A stretch of DNA of 64,000 bases from Candidatus Izemoplasma sp. (GTDB lineage Bacteria > Bacillota_I > Bacilli_A > Izemoplasmatales > Izemoplasmataceae): positions 7,772 to 71,771 of the forward strand of contig JAIPGF010000003.1 in NCBI GenBank assembly GCA_021736205.1, written 5' to 3'. The number at the start of each line of letters is the position of its first letter. Within the stretch, counting starts at the first letter, position 1. The translations under genes were made by a program, and so were the position numbers. The notes beneath the pieces were generated by a model that did no database searches, was not told the DNA's origin, and worked only from the letters and a program-made list of their open reading frames with translations. Positions 30,093 to 41,069 of this stretch are shown here, one piece after another.

Positions 30093-31742
30093 TTAATTCT
30101 TACGTTTTTTTCGTTTATATGACGATCTGAGGGGTACAATACGGTTAAATACAAGCGTTTTGTCAGTTGAATCTTTATCAACAACATAGAACCCATTACG
30201 CATAAATTGAAATTTATCTCCAATTTCTGGTGACATTTTTTCTTCTATGACACCTTTTTTAATAACTAACGAGTTAGGATTGACTTTTTCTTCAAAAGAA
30301 GCATCTTTTTCATACTCTTCTTTTAATAAGTCTTCAAAAAGTCTAATCTCTACTTTTTTATAATGTGTTCCATCAACAAAATGAATATTTCCATTAGGTT
30401 TTCGACCTTTGAAACCAGAACCACTTTTAGTTTCTGGATCATACGTACAATGAACTTCAATAATACGCCCATTATCATCTTTAACAACTGAGTTAGCTTT
30501 AACAAAATAAGCATGCATTAGTCTAACTTCTTCACCAAGTGATAAACGACGCCATTTTCTGTTGGGCTTTTCTTCTAAGAAATCTGAACGTTCGATAAAC
30601 ACATGTTTACTAAATGGCACCATTCTAGACCCTAGTTCTTTATTACGTCGATGATTTGGAATTTTAACATATTCTACTTCATCTTCAGGATAATTGTCAA
30701 TCACAAGTTTTAAAGGCTCTACGATTGCATTTGTTACTGGTGCAGTCTCATTAAGATGTTCACGAACATGTTGGTACAACATCTCAATTTCTGTTTCTCC
30801 TTCACTTTTAGGAAGCCCTAAACTATGAATGAAATTATGGATTGCTTTTTTGGGGATTCCACGTCGTCTTAATCCACTAAGAGTTATAAGTCTAGGATCA
30901 TCCCATCCCATAACTTTATTTTCTTCAACTAACTCTCTAATATAGCGTTTTCCAGTTACTTGATTAGCAATTAATAATCTACCAAATTCAATTTGTCTTG
31001 GTTTGTTTTTCATTTTAGTATGCTCAACAACCCAATCATACAGTGGTCTGTGGTCTTCAAATTCTAAACTACATAAACTGTGTGTGATACCTTCAATAGC
31101 ATCTTCTAATGGATGTGCAAAATCATACATTGGATAAATAAGCCATTTATCCTTGGTATTATGGTGATACGCACGCTGAATTCTATAAATAACAGGGTCT
31201 CTCATATTCATATTAGAACTAGACATATCAATCTTAGCACGTAATACTTTTTCACCATCATCATATTTTCCGTTTTTCATTGCTTGAAACAATTTAACAT
31301 TCTCTTCAATTGAACGATCACGATGTGGACTGTTTTTTCCTGGTTCTTTTAATGTCCCACGTAAGGTTCTAATTTCTTCATTACTTAGGTCATCAACATA
31401 GGCTAATCCTTTTTCAACAAGCAACATTGCTCGGTTATACATTTCTTCAAAATAATCGCTTGCATAAAAGAGATTATCCCAGTGGCATCCTAACCATTCA
31501 ATATCCCGTTTGATTGAATCAACAAACATCGAGTCTTCTTTAATCGGATTTGTATCGTCAAAACGTAAATTAAAATGTCCACCATGTTTTTTTGCCATAG
31601 ACCAGTTTGTTATAATGGCTCTAGCATGGCCTAAATGTAAAAAACCATTAGGTTCTGGTGGGAACCGTGTAATAGCTTCCTTATGCTTTTTTGATTTAAT
31701 ATCATTTTCAATAATTGTATCAATGAAATGATTTATTTCCAT
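30093..31742 (-). CDS. glnS: glutamine--tRNA ligase
   Basis: Class I HIGH motif (PEPNGFLHLGHA), a KMSKS-like MSSS region and a GlnRS-type C-terminal anticodon-binding domain. The start at 31742 (MEINHF...) is preferred. GlnRS is uncommon among Firmicutes, most of which use GatCAB. Confidence 0.9.
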   Translation of the reverse strand: MEINHFIDTIIENDIKSKKHKEAITRFPPEPNGFLHLGHARAIITNWSMAKKHGGHFNLRFDDTNPIKEDSMFVDSIKRDIEWLGCHWDNLFYASDYFEEMYNRAMLLVEKGLAYVDDLSNEEIRTLRGTLKEPGKNSPHRDRSIEENVKLFQAMKNGKYDDGEKVLRAKIDMSSSNMNMRDPVIYRIQRAYHHNTKDKWLIYPMYDFAHPLEDAIEGITHSLCSLEFEDHRPLYDWVVEHTKMKNKPRQIEFGRLLIANQVTGKRYIRELVEENKVMGWDDPRLITLSGLRRRGIPKKAIHNFIHSLGLPKSEGETEIEMLYQHVREHLNETAPVTNAIVEPLKLVIDNYPEDEVEYVKIPNHRRNKELGSRMVPFSKHVFIERSDFLEEKPNRKWRRLSLGEEVRLMHAYFVKANSVVKDDNGRIIEVHCTYDPETKSGSGFKGRKPNGNIHFVDGTHYKKVEIRLFEDLLKEEYEKDASFEEKVNPNSLVIKKGVIEEKMSPEIGDKFQFMRNGFYVVDKDSTDKTLVFNRIVPLRSSYKRKKRKN

Positions 31743-31828
31743 AAATAAACACCTTCTTTTTATAATCACAATTAATAATAACATATATCTTTATAAAGTA
31801 AAAGATTACCGTTCTCCGTTTTTTAAAA

Positions 31829-31862
31829 CAAAAAAAGACGTGAAAAATTCCTCACGTCTTTT
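31829..31862 (-). terminator. terminator after the acidic exported protein gene
   Basis: Stem AGACGTGA (31836-31843) / TCACGTCT (31852-31859). It is followed on the minus strand by a T-run. Confidence 0.7.
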
Positions 31863-31876
31863 GATTATTTTAAGAT

Positions 31877-33763
31877 TTATTCCGGAATATCTTCGCTTGA
31901 AAATTCTCCGAATAAAGACTCATAATCTGCAAATATTGCAGGATCAATTAAATTTGTGATTGTCTCAACAAATTCAGTTTGCGTTTGTTCGTCTAGTTCT
32001 GAGAAATTATTAAATAATTCCTCAACATCTTCCGTTGCAATTGGTTCTTCGTTCAACAAGGCTTCTTGTAAACCTACTATACTATCATAGGTTGCTTGTT
32101 CTGCTCCACCATCTGTTGTGTCTAAAACGGCTTCTAGGTCAGTTGTGAACTGTTCTGAACCAATAACATTGTTTAATTCAGATTTAAAATCTTGTAAGAC
32201 ATCTTTTAACGTTGTAGAAGTAGGTTCAATAGCTAATTCAATACCGTCTTGAACTAAAATAATTTCTGTCACTTCTACAGAACCATCAACTGTTCCACCT
32301 TGTATTAAACTAGTTAAGCGGCTTGCAGAAATAATTAAATCTCCATCTTGGTTAAATTCACCAAACTCAACATCTCCAAAATCAGCAAATATTTCTTTGA
32401 AGACCTCAAGATCAGTTAACGCAGTATATTCTCCATCTGCTTCGCCTTCGTCTTTACCAATCGTAATTTTGGAAAACTCAAACTGTAATTCAGTAGGTGA
32501 TGTGCTAATTTCTTCAGCTGTAATAACAACTTCAGAATCTATATCATCAATTCTAAACAAAGCGTGTATATAGATATTATCTGGTGTGAATTCAAACCAA
32601 ATTGCTTTTAACCCAAACTCAATGGTTTTTGTTTCACCATTTCCAAGATCAATGGTTCTCATTTCTCTTGTATCAGCAAATCCGTCTGCTTCAGAATAAA
32701 TAAGTTTATTAAAGGCTTTTTCTTTTATGACAAAATTGTTATCAGTAAGCGCTAAATTAAAGAGATATTCGGTAAATAAGTCTTTTAAGTGTGTCTCTGG
32801 ATTGAAAAGCGTTGGATTAAATTCTCCATATACTACTTCGTCATCAACGACTTCTTGATCATGGAGCGTATATAAATAATCTGGCATATCTGTTCCTGCT
32901 TCATTTCTTAATTGACTTATACCAATAATAAACTGTAACTCTTTTTCTATGATATCAAATCGAATAAGCTGTTTTTCAAACGAAATCGATAATAGTTCTT
33001 GAGAAAGTTTTGCACCAACATCATTTTGTTCTTCGTCTGCGCTATTTAATTGTTGAAGAATTTCATCTTTAGACAATTTATAGGATAAATTTTGTAAATC
33101 AATATCTCCTAATTTCATCTCTCCTAATTCATTTTCAAAATTAATGCCAGCTTGGTTTTCAATAATACCTAAGGCACCAACAATCAGTGATTTAGGAACA
33201 GGCAAACGACCAATCTTCACTTTTTCAAACTCTAAATAATAATAATCTGGATCGTCTTCAAATGAAAAATGAAATTCAACGATCGTTTTGTAACGTAAAT
33301 TATTATTCGCTTCTACTTGTAAAAATAAATTGAGTGCTAATTGTCCAGCATCAGCAACATCGTTAGTATCATAGAACGATACCCATGCGCCAATAAGTCC
33401 TAATTCAACATCATACCCTTCAACCTGTTGCATTTCGCCAAAGGCAAAACATTCAGTTGTTGTTGAACAGTCCTCACCTGGGCTATAATCTGGATTCTCA
33501 TCCTTTATTGCTTGGTAAATCGCTGTATTTATTATGTCCTCATGAATATTATAAACCAAATCTTCATCGGGATTGGTTTCTATATCTGTGATAGATGCAT
33601 CTAATTCTGCATAAAGCATTTCAATGGCATCTGCGTCTTCTGTATAAAGATCGACAGGCATGTGTTCGTCTCCACTACCATCATACATTAATGATCCAAC
33701 AAGTGCTGGAGTACCTAAAATAACTAGTACAGGAATCATAAATGCTAAAAATAATCTTTTCAT
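31877..33763 (-). CDS. large acidic exported/anchored protein with two internally repeated modules
   Basis: 628 aa with an N-terminal signal/anchor and a very high D/E content. Two similar blocks occur (VELGLIGAWVSFYD...YYLEFEKVKIGRLPVP and IEFGLKAIWFEFTPD...LQFEFSKITIGKDEG), reminiscent of YpmS/DUF2140-type modules. Confidence 0.5.
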   Translation of the reverse strand: MKRLFLAFMIPVLVILGTPALVGSLMYDGSGDEHMPVDLYTEDADAIEMLYAELDASITDIETNPDEDLVYNIHEDIINTAIYQAIKDENPDYSPGEDCSTTTECFAFGEMQQVEGYDVELGLIGAWVSFYDTNDVADAGQLALNLFLQVEANNNLRYKTIVEFHFSFEDDPDYYYLEFEKVKIGRLPVPKSLIVGALGIIENQAGINFENELGEMKLGDIDLQNLSYKLSKDEILQQLNSADEEQNDVGAKLSQELLSISFEKQLIRFDIIEKELQFIIGISQLRNEAGTDMPDYLYTLHDQEVVDDEVVYGEFNPTLFNPETHLKDLFTEYLFNLALTDNNFVIKEKAFNKLIYSEADGFADTREMRTIDLGNGETKTIEFGLKAIWFEFTPDNIYIHALFRIDDIDSEVVITAEEISTSPTELQFEFSKITIGKDEGEADGEYTALTDLEVFKEIFADFGDVEFGEFNQDGDLIISASRLTSLIQGGTVDGSVEVTEIILVQDGIELAIEPTSTTLKDVLQDFKSELNNVIGSEQFTTDLEAVLDTTDGGAEQATYDSIVGLQEALLNEEPIATEDVEELFNNFSELDEQTQTEFVETITNLIDPAIFADYESLFGEFSSEDIPE

Positions 33764-33863
33764 CCTTATTCAACTCCTTTTTAATATAGTTTCGGATGTT
33801 CAACTTAAGTATACTATATTTATGTGAATATTTTATGAATAAGCTATTAAAATACTATGAATA

Positions 33864-34856
33864 TTATTTTAGTTCTACTCGTGATTTCCCGCTTAAACCC
33901 ATTGATTCATCTAACGTATATTTTTGGTATTGATAATATCCTGCGACTCCAATCATCGCCGCGTTGTCTGTACAATAAGAGAAATCAGGAATAATAACTT
34001 CAACTTGTTTAATTTGTTCTGTAATTTTTCTTCTCAAGTCTTTATTGGCTGCAACACCACCCGCAACTAAAAACATTTTCGCATCATATTCCTCAATTGC
34101 TTTTAGACTCTTTTGAAGTAAGACATCTGTTACTGTTTTCTGAAAAGAAGCACAGAGGTTCTCAACATTTAATTTTTCTTTACGTTGCGCTAAATTATGA
34201 ACCGTATTAATTATATGTGATTTAATCCCTGAAAAACTGAAATCATACGTGTCGCCCAACGAAATATCTGGCATATCATACGTGGGAGTTCCTTGTTGGG
34301 CTAAATTGTCAACCAAAGGTCCACCTGGGTAACCAAGACCCACTGTTCTTGCGACTTTATCATACGCTTCTCCCACCGCATCATCCAATGTTTCACCAAG
34401 TTTTTCAAAAGAGAAATGTTCTTTCATTAAAATCAGTTCTGTGTGTCCCCCGCTCACAACTAAGCAAACCAGAGGAAATTTAAACGTTTCTTTAATGGCG
34501 TTTGCATAAATATGACCTGCGATATGATGAACTCCTATAATAGGGATATTATTACTTAAAGCAAATGCCTTTGCCCCATTAATACCAACAAGTAAACTAC
34601 CTATTAATCCCGGTCCTTTAGTAACTGCGACTAAATCTATATCATGTTTATTTATGTTAGCTTTCATTAACGCTTCTTCAAACACATAAGTAATCCCTTT
34701 AATATGTTCTCTCGAAGCAATTTCGGGTACAACACCACCAAACGCTTTATGTATGTCTATTTGACTTAAAACAACATTAGATAAAACATTTGTTCCATCT
34801 TTTATAATACTAACACTTGTCTCATCACAACTGCTTTCAACACTAAGTACAATCAC
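33864..34856 (-). CDS. tsaD: tRNA N6-adenosine threonylcarbamoyltransferase
   Basis: 330 aa with SCDETS and GVHHIAGH motifs. Confidence 0.95.
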   Translation of the reverse strand: MIVLSVESSCDETSVSIIKDGTNVLSNVVLSQIDIHKAFGGVVPEIASREHIKGITYVFEEALMKANINKHDIDLVAVTKGPGLIGSLLVGINGAKAFALSNNIPIIGVHHIAGHIYANAIKETFKFPLVCLVVSGGHTELILMKEHFSFEKLGETLDDAVGEAYDKVARTVGLGYPGGPLVDNLAQQGTPTYDMPDISLGDTYDFSFSGIKSHIINTVHNLAQRKEKLNVENLCASFQKTVTDVLLQKSLKAIEEYDAKMFLVAGGVAANKDLRRKITEQIKQVEVIIPDFSYCTDNAAMIGVAGYYQYQKYTLDESMGLSGKSRVELK

Positions 34857-34860
34857 TCTA

Positions 34861-35301
34861 TCACTCCAACTCTAATAACATTAATTGTGCATCTTCGTTA
34901 TTACTGTAATATTTCTTCCGCTTTGCCACCTGTTTAAATCCCAAACTTTTATAAAATTCTTGAGCTGCTTTATTACTATCTCTCACTTCCAAAGTTAAGT
35001 TTTGAATGGCATTGCAAGTACAATAATCAATAACACTGTTTAACAGTTTTGTTGCTATGCCTTTACTTCTATAGGATTCTATAGTGAATAAATTTAATAT
35101 CTCAGCATTGGGAATTGTTAACCAAGATCCAATGTACCCAACTCTCTTATTCCCATCTAAAGCAATCAGGTAATAAGCTAAGTCATTGTACAACACTTCA
35201 TTATATAATGTTTTCTTACCTAAACTTTTGCCAAATATCTTTATCTCCTGCATATAAACAAACTGAACATCACTCATACCCATCTTTCTAATTTTAATCA
35301 T
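34861..35301 (-). CDS. rimI: ribosomal-protein-alanine N-acetyltransferase (GNAT)
   Basis: 146 aa GNAT fold (YRSKGIATKLL). It sits in the tsaB-rimI-tsaD context. Confidence 0.8.
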   Translation of the reverse strand: MIKIRKMGMSDVQFVYMQEIKIFGKSLGKKTLYNEVLYNDLAYYLIALDGNKRVGYIGSWLTIPNAEILNLFTIESYRSKGIATKLLNSVIDYCTCNAIQNLTLEVRDSNKAAQEFYKSLGFKQVAKRKKYYSNNEDAQLMLLELE

Positions 35302-35310
35302 TGGTCTGCC

Positions 35311-35925
35311 TTATTTATTAGTCTCAAGCGATTTTTCTGCTTGTGTTTTTCTCAAATAATTAGGCGTTAATGTATGAATATCTTTTACCTCTCTTAATAC
35401 CGATGAGTTTAAAATTTTCGTTATGTTCGGTTTTCCCTCTGAAAGTACTGTAAACTCACAAGTTAAATTAGTTTTATATGTTTCTAAGTTTGTTAGTTCT
35501 TCTTTTTCTATAAGCAGTAATTTGTTATCTTTATTTTTATATAGACCTAAAAATGAATTACCCCTACGGGCATCAATTTCAGGCAATATAAAGCCTTCTT
35601 GATCATACGAACTAGCAATTAATGCAAGTGAACTAACTTCTTTTACAGTTATATCTTGATCCCAACCAAACATCTTAGCTACAACAACCCCAATTCTTAG
35701 GCCGGTGTAACTTCCGGGACCAATACCGATAATTATTTCATCTAAATCACTAACTTGAATATTACTGGTGTCTAATTGTCTTTTAATTTCTGGCATAAGT
35801 TTTTCAGAATGATCATTATTCCCTTTTTTGTAGTAACTTGTTAATTCTTGATTCCCCTTATATAAACTTACATATAGATGTTTCGTGGCTGAATCAATTA
35901 TTAATCGCTTCAACAATTTTTTCAT
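35311..35925 (-). CDS. tsaB: tRNA threonylcarbamoyladenosine biosynthesis protein TsaB
   Basis: 204 aa with GPGSYTGLRIG and operon context. Confidence 0.85.
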   Translation of the reverse strand: MKKLLKRLIIDSATKHLYVSLYKGNQELTSYYKKGNNDHSEKLMPEIKRQLDTSNIQVSDLDEIIIGIGPGSYTGLRIGVVVAKMFGWDQDITVKEVSSLALIASSYDQEGFILPEIDARRGNSFLGLYKNKDNKLLLIEKEELTNLETYKTNLTCEFTVLSEGKPNITKILNSSVLREVKDIHTLTPNYLRKTQAEKSLETNK

Positions 35926-36343
35926 ATTGGTTGTCCCCCCATATTTTAAGTAATCGCTTTGTATCGCCTAGATGTTTGATTTCAATAACAAGCTTATCAT
36001 TTGGAATACTTTCAATAATGTGTTTGTACCACTCTATAACACATAATCCTTCTCCATAAATATAATCTTCTAATGAGTAATCTGCCCCTATACCGCGTAA
36101 TCTATAGGCATCTATATGGAATAAATCAAGTGTATTCTCATAAATCTTTAAAATTGTAAAAGTTGGACTATTAATGGTATCGGCAATCCCTATTGATTTT
36201 CCCAAAAATTTAGTAAATGTTGTTTTTCCCGCTCCAAGATCACCTTGTAAACAAAGAACAAATCCTTTAAAAACATGTTTTCCAACAGTTTTAGCAATTT
36301 GTTCCATTTCTGAAAGATTATTTACTTTTATTTCTTTATACAT
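35894..36343 (-). CDS. tsaE: tRNA threonylcarbamoyladenosine biosynthesis ATPase TsaE
   Basis: It has the Walker A motif GDLGAGKTT and SPTFT. The ATG at 36343 lies behind AGGTGG. It overlaps tsaB. Confidence 0.9.
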   Translation of the reverse strand: MYKEIKVNNLSEMEQIAKTVGKHVFKGFVLCLQGDLGAGKTTFTKFLGKSIGIADTINSPTFTILKIYENTLDLFHIDAYRLRGIGADYSLEDYIYGEGLCVIEWYKHIIESIPNDKLVIEIKHLGDTKRLLKIWGDNQYEKIVEAINN

Positions 36344-36447
36344 TAAAACCACCTAATTAAAAGTTTATTGATATATTTAGTATAACATACTTAAATTATA
36401 TATATAAAATTATATTTGTGATATAATTCGATTATAGGAGGAAGACT

Positions 36448-37314
36448 ATGGACTTAATACTATATAATCCAAAATCAAAGAATTCAAGAGGAAACATTGA
36501 AACACATCGCCTGATAAGGAAGTACCGTAAAAAAAATCAACCATTTAGGTTAAAAAGCGTACTAAAAGTTGAGGATTTAAAAAAGTTTTTAAATGATCGT
36601 CCTCATCTAGAAAATATAATTTTACTTGGTGGAGATGGAACTGTCAATCAATTAGTTAATAATTTGTATGATTTTACGTTAAAACAAGATGTATTTATTA
36701 AAAGAAATGGTAGTGGTAACGACTTTTTAAAAACACTCAAAACACAAGACAAAAAACCACAATATATTATTGAGGCTACCCTAAATAAATCTAGAAAAAA
36801 ATATTTTATAAATAGTATGGGATATGGCTTAGATGGTATGATAGTAAACTTTGTTGATACTTCTAAAAAAAAGGGGAAGTTAACCTACTTTTGGAGTTCA
36901 ATTAAAGGTATTATTAAGTACAAGCCAACGCCTCTTTCACTTGATATTGATGGAGAATCTTATAATTTTGACAAAACATACCTTGTTTCAATTAACAATG
37001 GTATGTTTATTGGTGGTGGTATGCATATTGCACCAGATGCAAAAATTTATACAAAAGATCTTGATGTCATTGTCGTACACTCGATAAATAAATTACTCTT
37101 GCTTTTTATTTTTTTATCTGTTTATTTTAAACAACACCTTAAATTTAAAAAGTATGTTTTTTTCAAAAAAGGCCGTCATATAAAAGCAACTTACAAAACG
37201 CCCCAGATAGCTCAATTAGATGGAGAAGTTGAAAAAAATATTAAGAAGATAAGGGTAAAAGCAACAAACAAACAAATCCACTTGCGAAGTTATCATAAGA
37301 AAAAATCAGCTTAA
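36448..37314 (+). CDS. diacylglycerol/lipid kinase family protein (YegS/BmrU-like)
   Basis: 288 aa with the GGDGT catalytic-domain motif and RBS AGGAGG. Confidence 0.75.
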   Translation: MDLILYNPKSKNSRGNIETHRLIRKYRKKNQPFRLKSVLKVEDLKKFLNDRPHLENIILLGGDGTVNQLVNNLYDFTLKQDVFIKRNGSGNDFLKTLKTQDKKPQYIIEATLNKSRKKYFINSMGYGLDGMIVNFVDTSKKKGKLTYFWSSIKGIIKYKPTPLSLDIDGESYNFDKTYLVSINNGMFIGGGMHIAPDAKIYTKDLDVIVVHSINKLLLLFIFLSVYFKQHLKFKKYVFFKKGRHIKATYKTPQIAQLDGEVEKNIKKIRVKATNKQIHLRSYHKKKSA

Positions 37315-37365
37315 AGCTGATTTTTTTATTTTCAATTTGCTACCCTAAATAATTTGCACTAAGAA

Positions 37366-37995
37366 TTAAATTTCTTTCACAAATCCTTTTCTACCTTTAT
37401 ATTTAGCTGAAACAAACCCCGTTTTATATAAATATTTAATATGGGTTGGATTTGAACTCTCGGTAAAAAACTTCTTATAGCCCAATTCTTTAAAATATTC
37501 ACGATTATTTTTAAAAATATGTCTCGCAATTTTTAAATCTCTATATCGAGGAATGGCATAATCGAGGACAATCTCTAAGGTTTTATTATCAAGTTTTTCT
37601 GCGATAAATATACCTGCAGGATTCATATTTCTAAGAATTAACATTTTTACTTCAGATCGTTTTACATCATCAATTGTAAAAGAAGATATTTTTTTAATGT
37701 CTTGTTTGTAAAATTTAATAAATTCATTTAAAAACTCATAATCTTGTTTAATATGCATTATTTTAAAATATTCTTTAGATGAATAAATTTTATATAGAAA
37801 ATAAATATCAACCAAAGCAATAGAGGCATTCATCAACCCTGTTGGTATAGAAGCAATCATAAATCCATAAAAAGAAAATAGAATCGCTCCAAATAAATTA
37901 ATCCATCTTAATTTTTTTATGGAACTCATTAATAAAGATATCAAGATAACAAGCGATGCAGTATATCCTATCCATTCAAGTATCATATCTGGCAT
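37366..37995 (-). CDS. hypothetical membrane protein (3 N-terminal TM helices plus a soluble C-terminal domain)
   Basis: 209 aa. The N-terminal hydrophobic part resembles YgjV-like proteins. The C-terminal half could be acetyltransferase-like. No decisive motif was found. Confidence 0.4.
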   Translation of the reverse strand: MPDMILEWIGYTASLVILISLLMSSIKKLRWINLFGAILFSFYGFMIASIPTGLMNASIALVDIYFLYKIYSSKEYFKIMHIKQDYEFLNEFIKFYKQDIKKISSFTIDDVKRSEVKMLILRNMNPAGIFIAEKLDNKTLEIVLDYAIPRYRDLKIARHIFKNNREYFKELGYKKFFTESSNPTHIKYLYKTGFVSAKYKGRKGFVKEI

Positions 37996-38004
37996 AATTA
38001 CCTC

Positions 38005-38910
38005 CTATGCTGATTCTTTCAATTGTTTGTTCTTTTTCTTTCTTATGGGGAATAGCTCAGAAATTAAAACTCCAGTTATTATAAGTAAGCCCCCAACGAC
38101 AATCTCAAGTGTCAAAATTTCTCCAATGATTAACACACTTCCAATGGCACCAAACAAACTCTCCATCGCAACAATAATACTAACACGTGTAGGAACACTA
38201 ATCTTTAACGCATAACTTTGAACTAAAAACCCAAGTGCAGTATTGAAAAACCCTAGGAAAATAAGTGGCCAAATATTACCAACTGTAATCGCTGGGATTG
38301 TATCGAATGAAAGCATCATAGTAAGCGATAGTATCGCAGAAATAAAGATATTCATCAACACAAATAGCGCTGGATCAAAGTCATATTTCTTTTGGTAATA
38401 ACTTCCTGTTACAACATGAAAGGCAACCATGATCGCACAAATAAACGTATAAAAATCGCCTATGTTAAAGGTGTTTAAATTAGATTTGCTAAACGATAAC
38501 AAATAAAGTCCAATTGTAGCAACTATAACACTTAAAACATTATATTTTGTAACTTTCTTTTTAAAGAAAAGATAATATAAATAAGGGACAAAAATAATGT
38601 TTAATTGAGTGATAAATCCATTCTTAGACGGCGTTGTATAAACATTTCCTAGTGTTTGAAAATAGAATCCTAAAAACAAAAATACACCTGTTAAAAGCCC
38701 ATAAAATATAATTTTCTTATTTAAAAACTTTAATTTCCTAAAATAAATTATGGTTAGAATAATGGTAGCTATCACAAATCTTCCCACCATAATTGTACTC
38801 GCTTGAAAACCTGATTCAATTGCTATCTTTGTTATCGGAAACCCAAGCCCCCATATAATTGTAATAAATAATAACGATACCTCAGCAAATAATACCTTCT
38901 TCTGCTCCAT
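38005..38910 (-). CDS. EamA/DMT-family transporter
   Basis: 301 aa with 10 TM helices arranged as two EamA-like repeats. Confidence 0.75.
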   Translation of the reverse strand: MEQKKVLFAEVSLLFITIIWGLGFPITKIAIESGFQASTIMVGRFVIATIILTIIYFRKLKFLNKKIIFYGLLTGVFLFLGFYFQTLGNVYTTPSKNGFITQLNIIFVPYLYYLFFKKKVTKYNVLSVIVATIGLYLLSFSKSNLNTFNIGDFYTFICAIMVAFHVVTGSYYQKKYDFDPALFVLMNIFISAILSLTMMLSFDTIPAITVGNIWPLIFLGFFNTALGFLVQSYALKISVPTRVSIIVAMESLFGAIGSVLIIGEILTLEIVVGGLLIITGVLISELFPIRKKKNKQLKESA

Positions 38911-38924
38911 GATGAAGCTCCTTC

Positions 38925-40250
38925 TTATTTTTTATTTTTTAATTTTTTTGTTAATTCTTCATAGCCTGGTTTTTCTAATAACGCAAACATATTATTTTTA
39001 TACGCCTCAACACCTGGTTGATTAAATGGATTAACACCGAGTAAATATCCGCTAATACCACAAGCTATTTCAAAGAAATAGACTAAATATCCAAAGCTAT
39101 AAGGACTGATTTCTGGAATGTTAACTACTATATTCGGTACGCCACCATCAGTATGTGCTAATAATGTTCCTAAAAATGCTTGCTTGTTAACATAATCAAT
39201 TGATTTACCTGCTAAATAATTTAATCCATCTAAATTTAACTCGTCTTTTTCAATAGTTAATTCTCTTCTTGGTGTGTTGACATTAATAACTGTCTCAAAT
39301 AAATGACGTTCACCTTCTTGAATGTATTGTCCAAGACTGTGTAAGTCAGTACTAAACGAAGCACTAGCAGGAAAAATACCGGAATGATCTTTTCCTTCAC
39401 TTTCACCAAATAGTTGTTTCCACCACTCACCAAAATAAAATAGCGAAGGTTCATAATTAATTAATAACTCTATTTTCTTACCGCTATCGTAAAGCGCATT
39501 GCGATAGATGGCATACTTATACGCTTCATTATCTTCTAATGTGGTATATTCATTCATTGCATCTTTCGCTCCGGTCATTACTTGATCAATATCTATTCCA
39601 CTTGCTGCAATGGGTAAAAGACCTACAGGCGTTAGTACACTGTATCTTCCACCTATATCATCTGGGACTATAAATGTTTCAAAGTTTTGCTCATCAGCCA
39701 ATTCTCTTAAAGCACCTTTATCTTTATCAGTCGTTGCAAAAATACGATCTTTAATTTCTGCTTTACTATATTTATCTAGCAAAATCTGCTTAAAAACTCT
39801 AAACGCAATTGCAGGTTCAGTTGTTGTTCCAGATTTGCTAATGACATTAATTGAGAAATCTTTACCTTGAACATAATCAACTAAATCATCAATATAAGAA
39901 CTACTAATATGATGCCCAACAAAGATAACTTCTAACTCCTTGTTTTTATCAAAGTGTTTGCTTAGAAGTTCTACAGCTGCTCTTGAACCTAAATAAGATC
40001 CACCAATTCCTATCACTAATAAGATATCTGATTGTTCTCTAATTTTTTTTGCCGCTTTTTTAATACGTAAAAATTCATCTTTATCAGACGATTTAGGTAA
40101 ATCAACCCATCCTAAAAAATTACTACCTTTGCCTGTTTTATCTCTTAGCTTGTCGTGTGCATCTTTAACTTTATCTTTAAACTTCTTTAACGTAGTTTCT
40201 TTTAAAAAACCTTTCGTTTTTTCTACGTCTACAGTGACATATTTACTCAT
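38925..40250 (-). CDS. pgi: glucose-6-phosphate isomerase
   Basis: 441 aa with [13 protein letters not shown] and ESEGK motifs. Confidence 0.95.
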   Translation of the reverse strand: MSKYVTVDVEKTKGFLKETTLKKFKDKVKDAHDKLRDKTGKGSNFLGWVDLPKSSDKDEFLRIKKAAKKIREQSDILLVIGIGGSYLGSRAAVELLSKHFDKNKELEVIFVGHHISSSYIDDLVDYVQGKDFSINVISKSGTTTEPAIAFRVFKQILLDKYSKAEIKDRIFATTDKDKGALRELADEQNFETFIVPDDIGGRYSVLTPVGLLPIAASGIDIDQVMTGAKDAMNEYTTLEDNEAYKYAIYRNALYDSGKKIELLINYEPSLFYFGEWWKQLFGESEGKDHSGIFPASASFSTDLHSLGQYIQEGERHLFETVINVNTPRRELTIEKDELNLDGLNYLAGKSIDYVNKQAFLGTLLAHTDGGVPNIVVNIPEISPYSFGYLVYFFEIACGISGYLLGVNPFNQPGVEAYKNNMFALLEKPGYEELTKKLKNKK

Positions 40251-40343
40251 CTATTTACCTCCTAAATATTTACGTGTAAATATTAACATAAATTATTATA
40301 AAAGTACATTTAAACCCGTAATAAAACAAAAAAAAGACAATGA

Positions 40344-40670
40344 TTATTCATTGTCTTCAAAATTAAATTCACTAATCCAGTGATCTAACTTTTCCTTCAA
40401 AGGAGAAAAGCCACTTTTTAGTTTTATATTGAGCCGTTTTTTATGTTTATGCAGTGCTTTAAAACTTAGCCCTAATTTATTATCATTTACCGATAATACT
40501 TTTAATGTTGTGACATCACCGATATCAACATAATCTTCGATATGTCTAACGTATCTATCACTAATCTCACTAATATGAATTAGCCCAACATACTCGTCAT
40601 TGATTTCTACGAAAGCTCCATAAGGCTTTATAGCAGTAATCTCTCCTTTGACAATGTTTCCTACTTTCAT
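40344..40670 (-). CDS. S1 RNA-binding domain protein (YugI/GSP13-like)
   Basis: VGNIVKGEITAIKPYGAFVEI..GLIHISE is a canonical S1 fold. The ATG at 40670 lies behind GAGGTG. Confidence 0.8.
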   Translation of the reverse strand: MKVGNIVKGEITAIKPYGAFVEINDEYVGLIHISEISDRYVRHIEDYVDIGDVTTLKVLSVNDNKLGLSFKALHKHKKRLNIKLKSGFSPLKEKLDHWISEFNFEDNE

Positions 40671-40765
40671 TTGAAACACCTCATTTAAGAATTACTTAAC
40701 TTTAGTATATCAAAAATAAAATATTAAACAAACAATAAAAAAAAGAAAATCTATAATAGATTTTC

Positions 40766-41002
40766 TTAAGTTATATTTTCGACACCTATAATACCGGGGA
40801 CTTCTTCAAGCAAGATTGCCTCAACCCCATCTGTTAAGGTTGTATCAATCATACTGCACCCAACACATGCCCCAAGCATACGAACATAGACAATCCCATC
40901 TTCATATTTAACATACTCAATATCTCCACCATCTCGTCTAACATATGGGCGGAGTTTTTTTATGACTTCTTTTATTTGTTTTTCTGTTGTATCAGTACTC
41001 AT
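40766..41002 (-). CDS. NifU-like (Nfu C-terminal domain) Fe-S assembly protein
   Basis: 78 aa with LRPYVRRDGGDIEYV and GACVGC motifs. Confidence 0.85.
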   Translation of the reverse strand: MSTDTTEKQIKEVIKKLRPYVRRDGGDIEYVKYEDGIVYVRMLGACVGCSMIDTTLTDGVEAILLEEVPGIIGVENIT

Positions 41003-41069
41003 ATAATCACCTCATATTTCGATAACAATTATATACCCGATGATTAAATACTTAAACCAAAATACTCAT

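Noticed and set aside
31743-31876. Looked for a T-box leader upstream of glnS
   Set aside because: The interval is only about 130 nt and is mostly occupied by the upstream gene terminator. It has no specifier-loop or T-box sequence (AGGGTGGNACCGCG-like).
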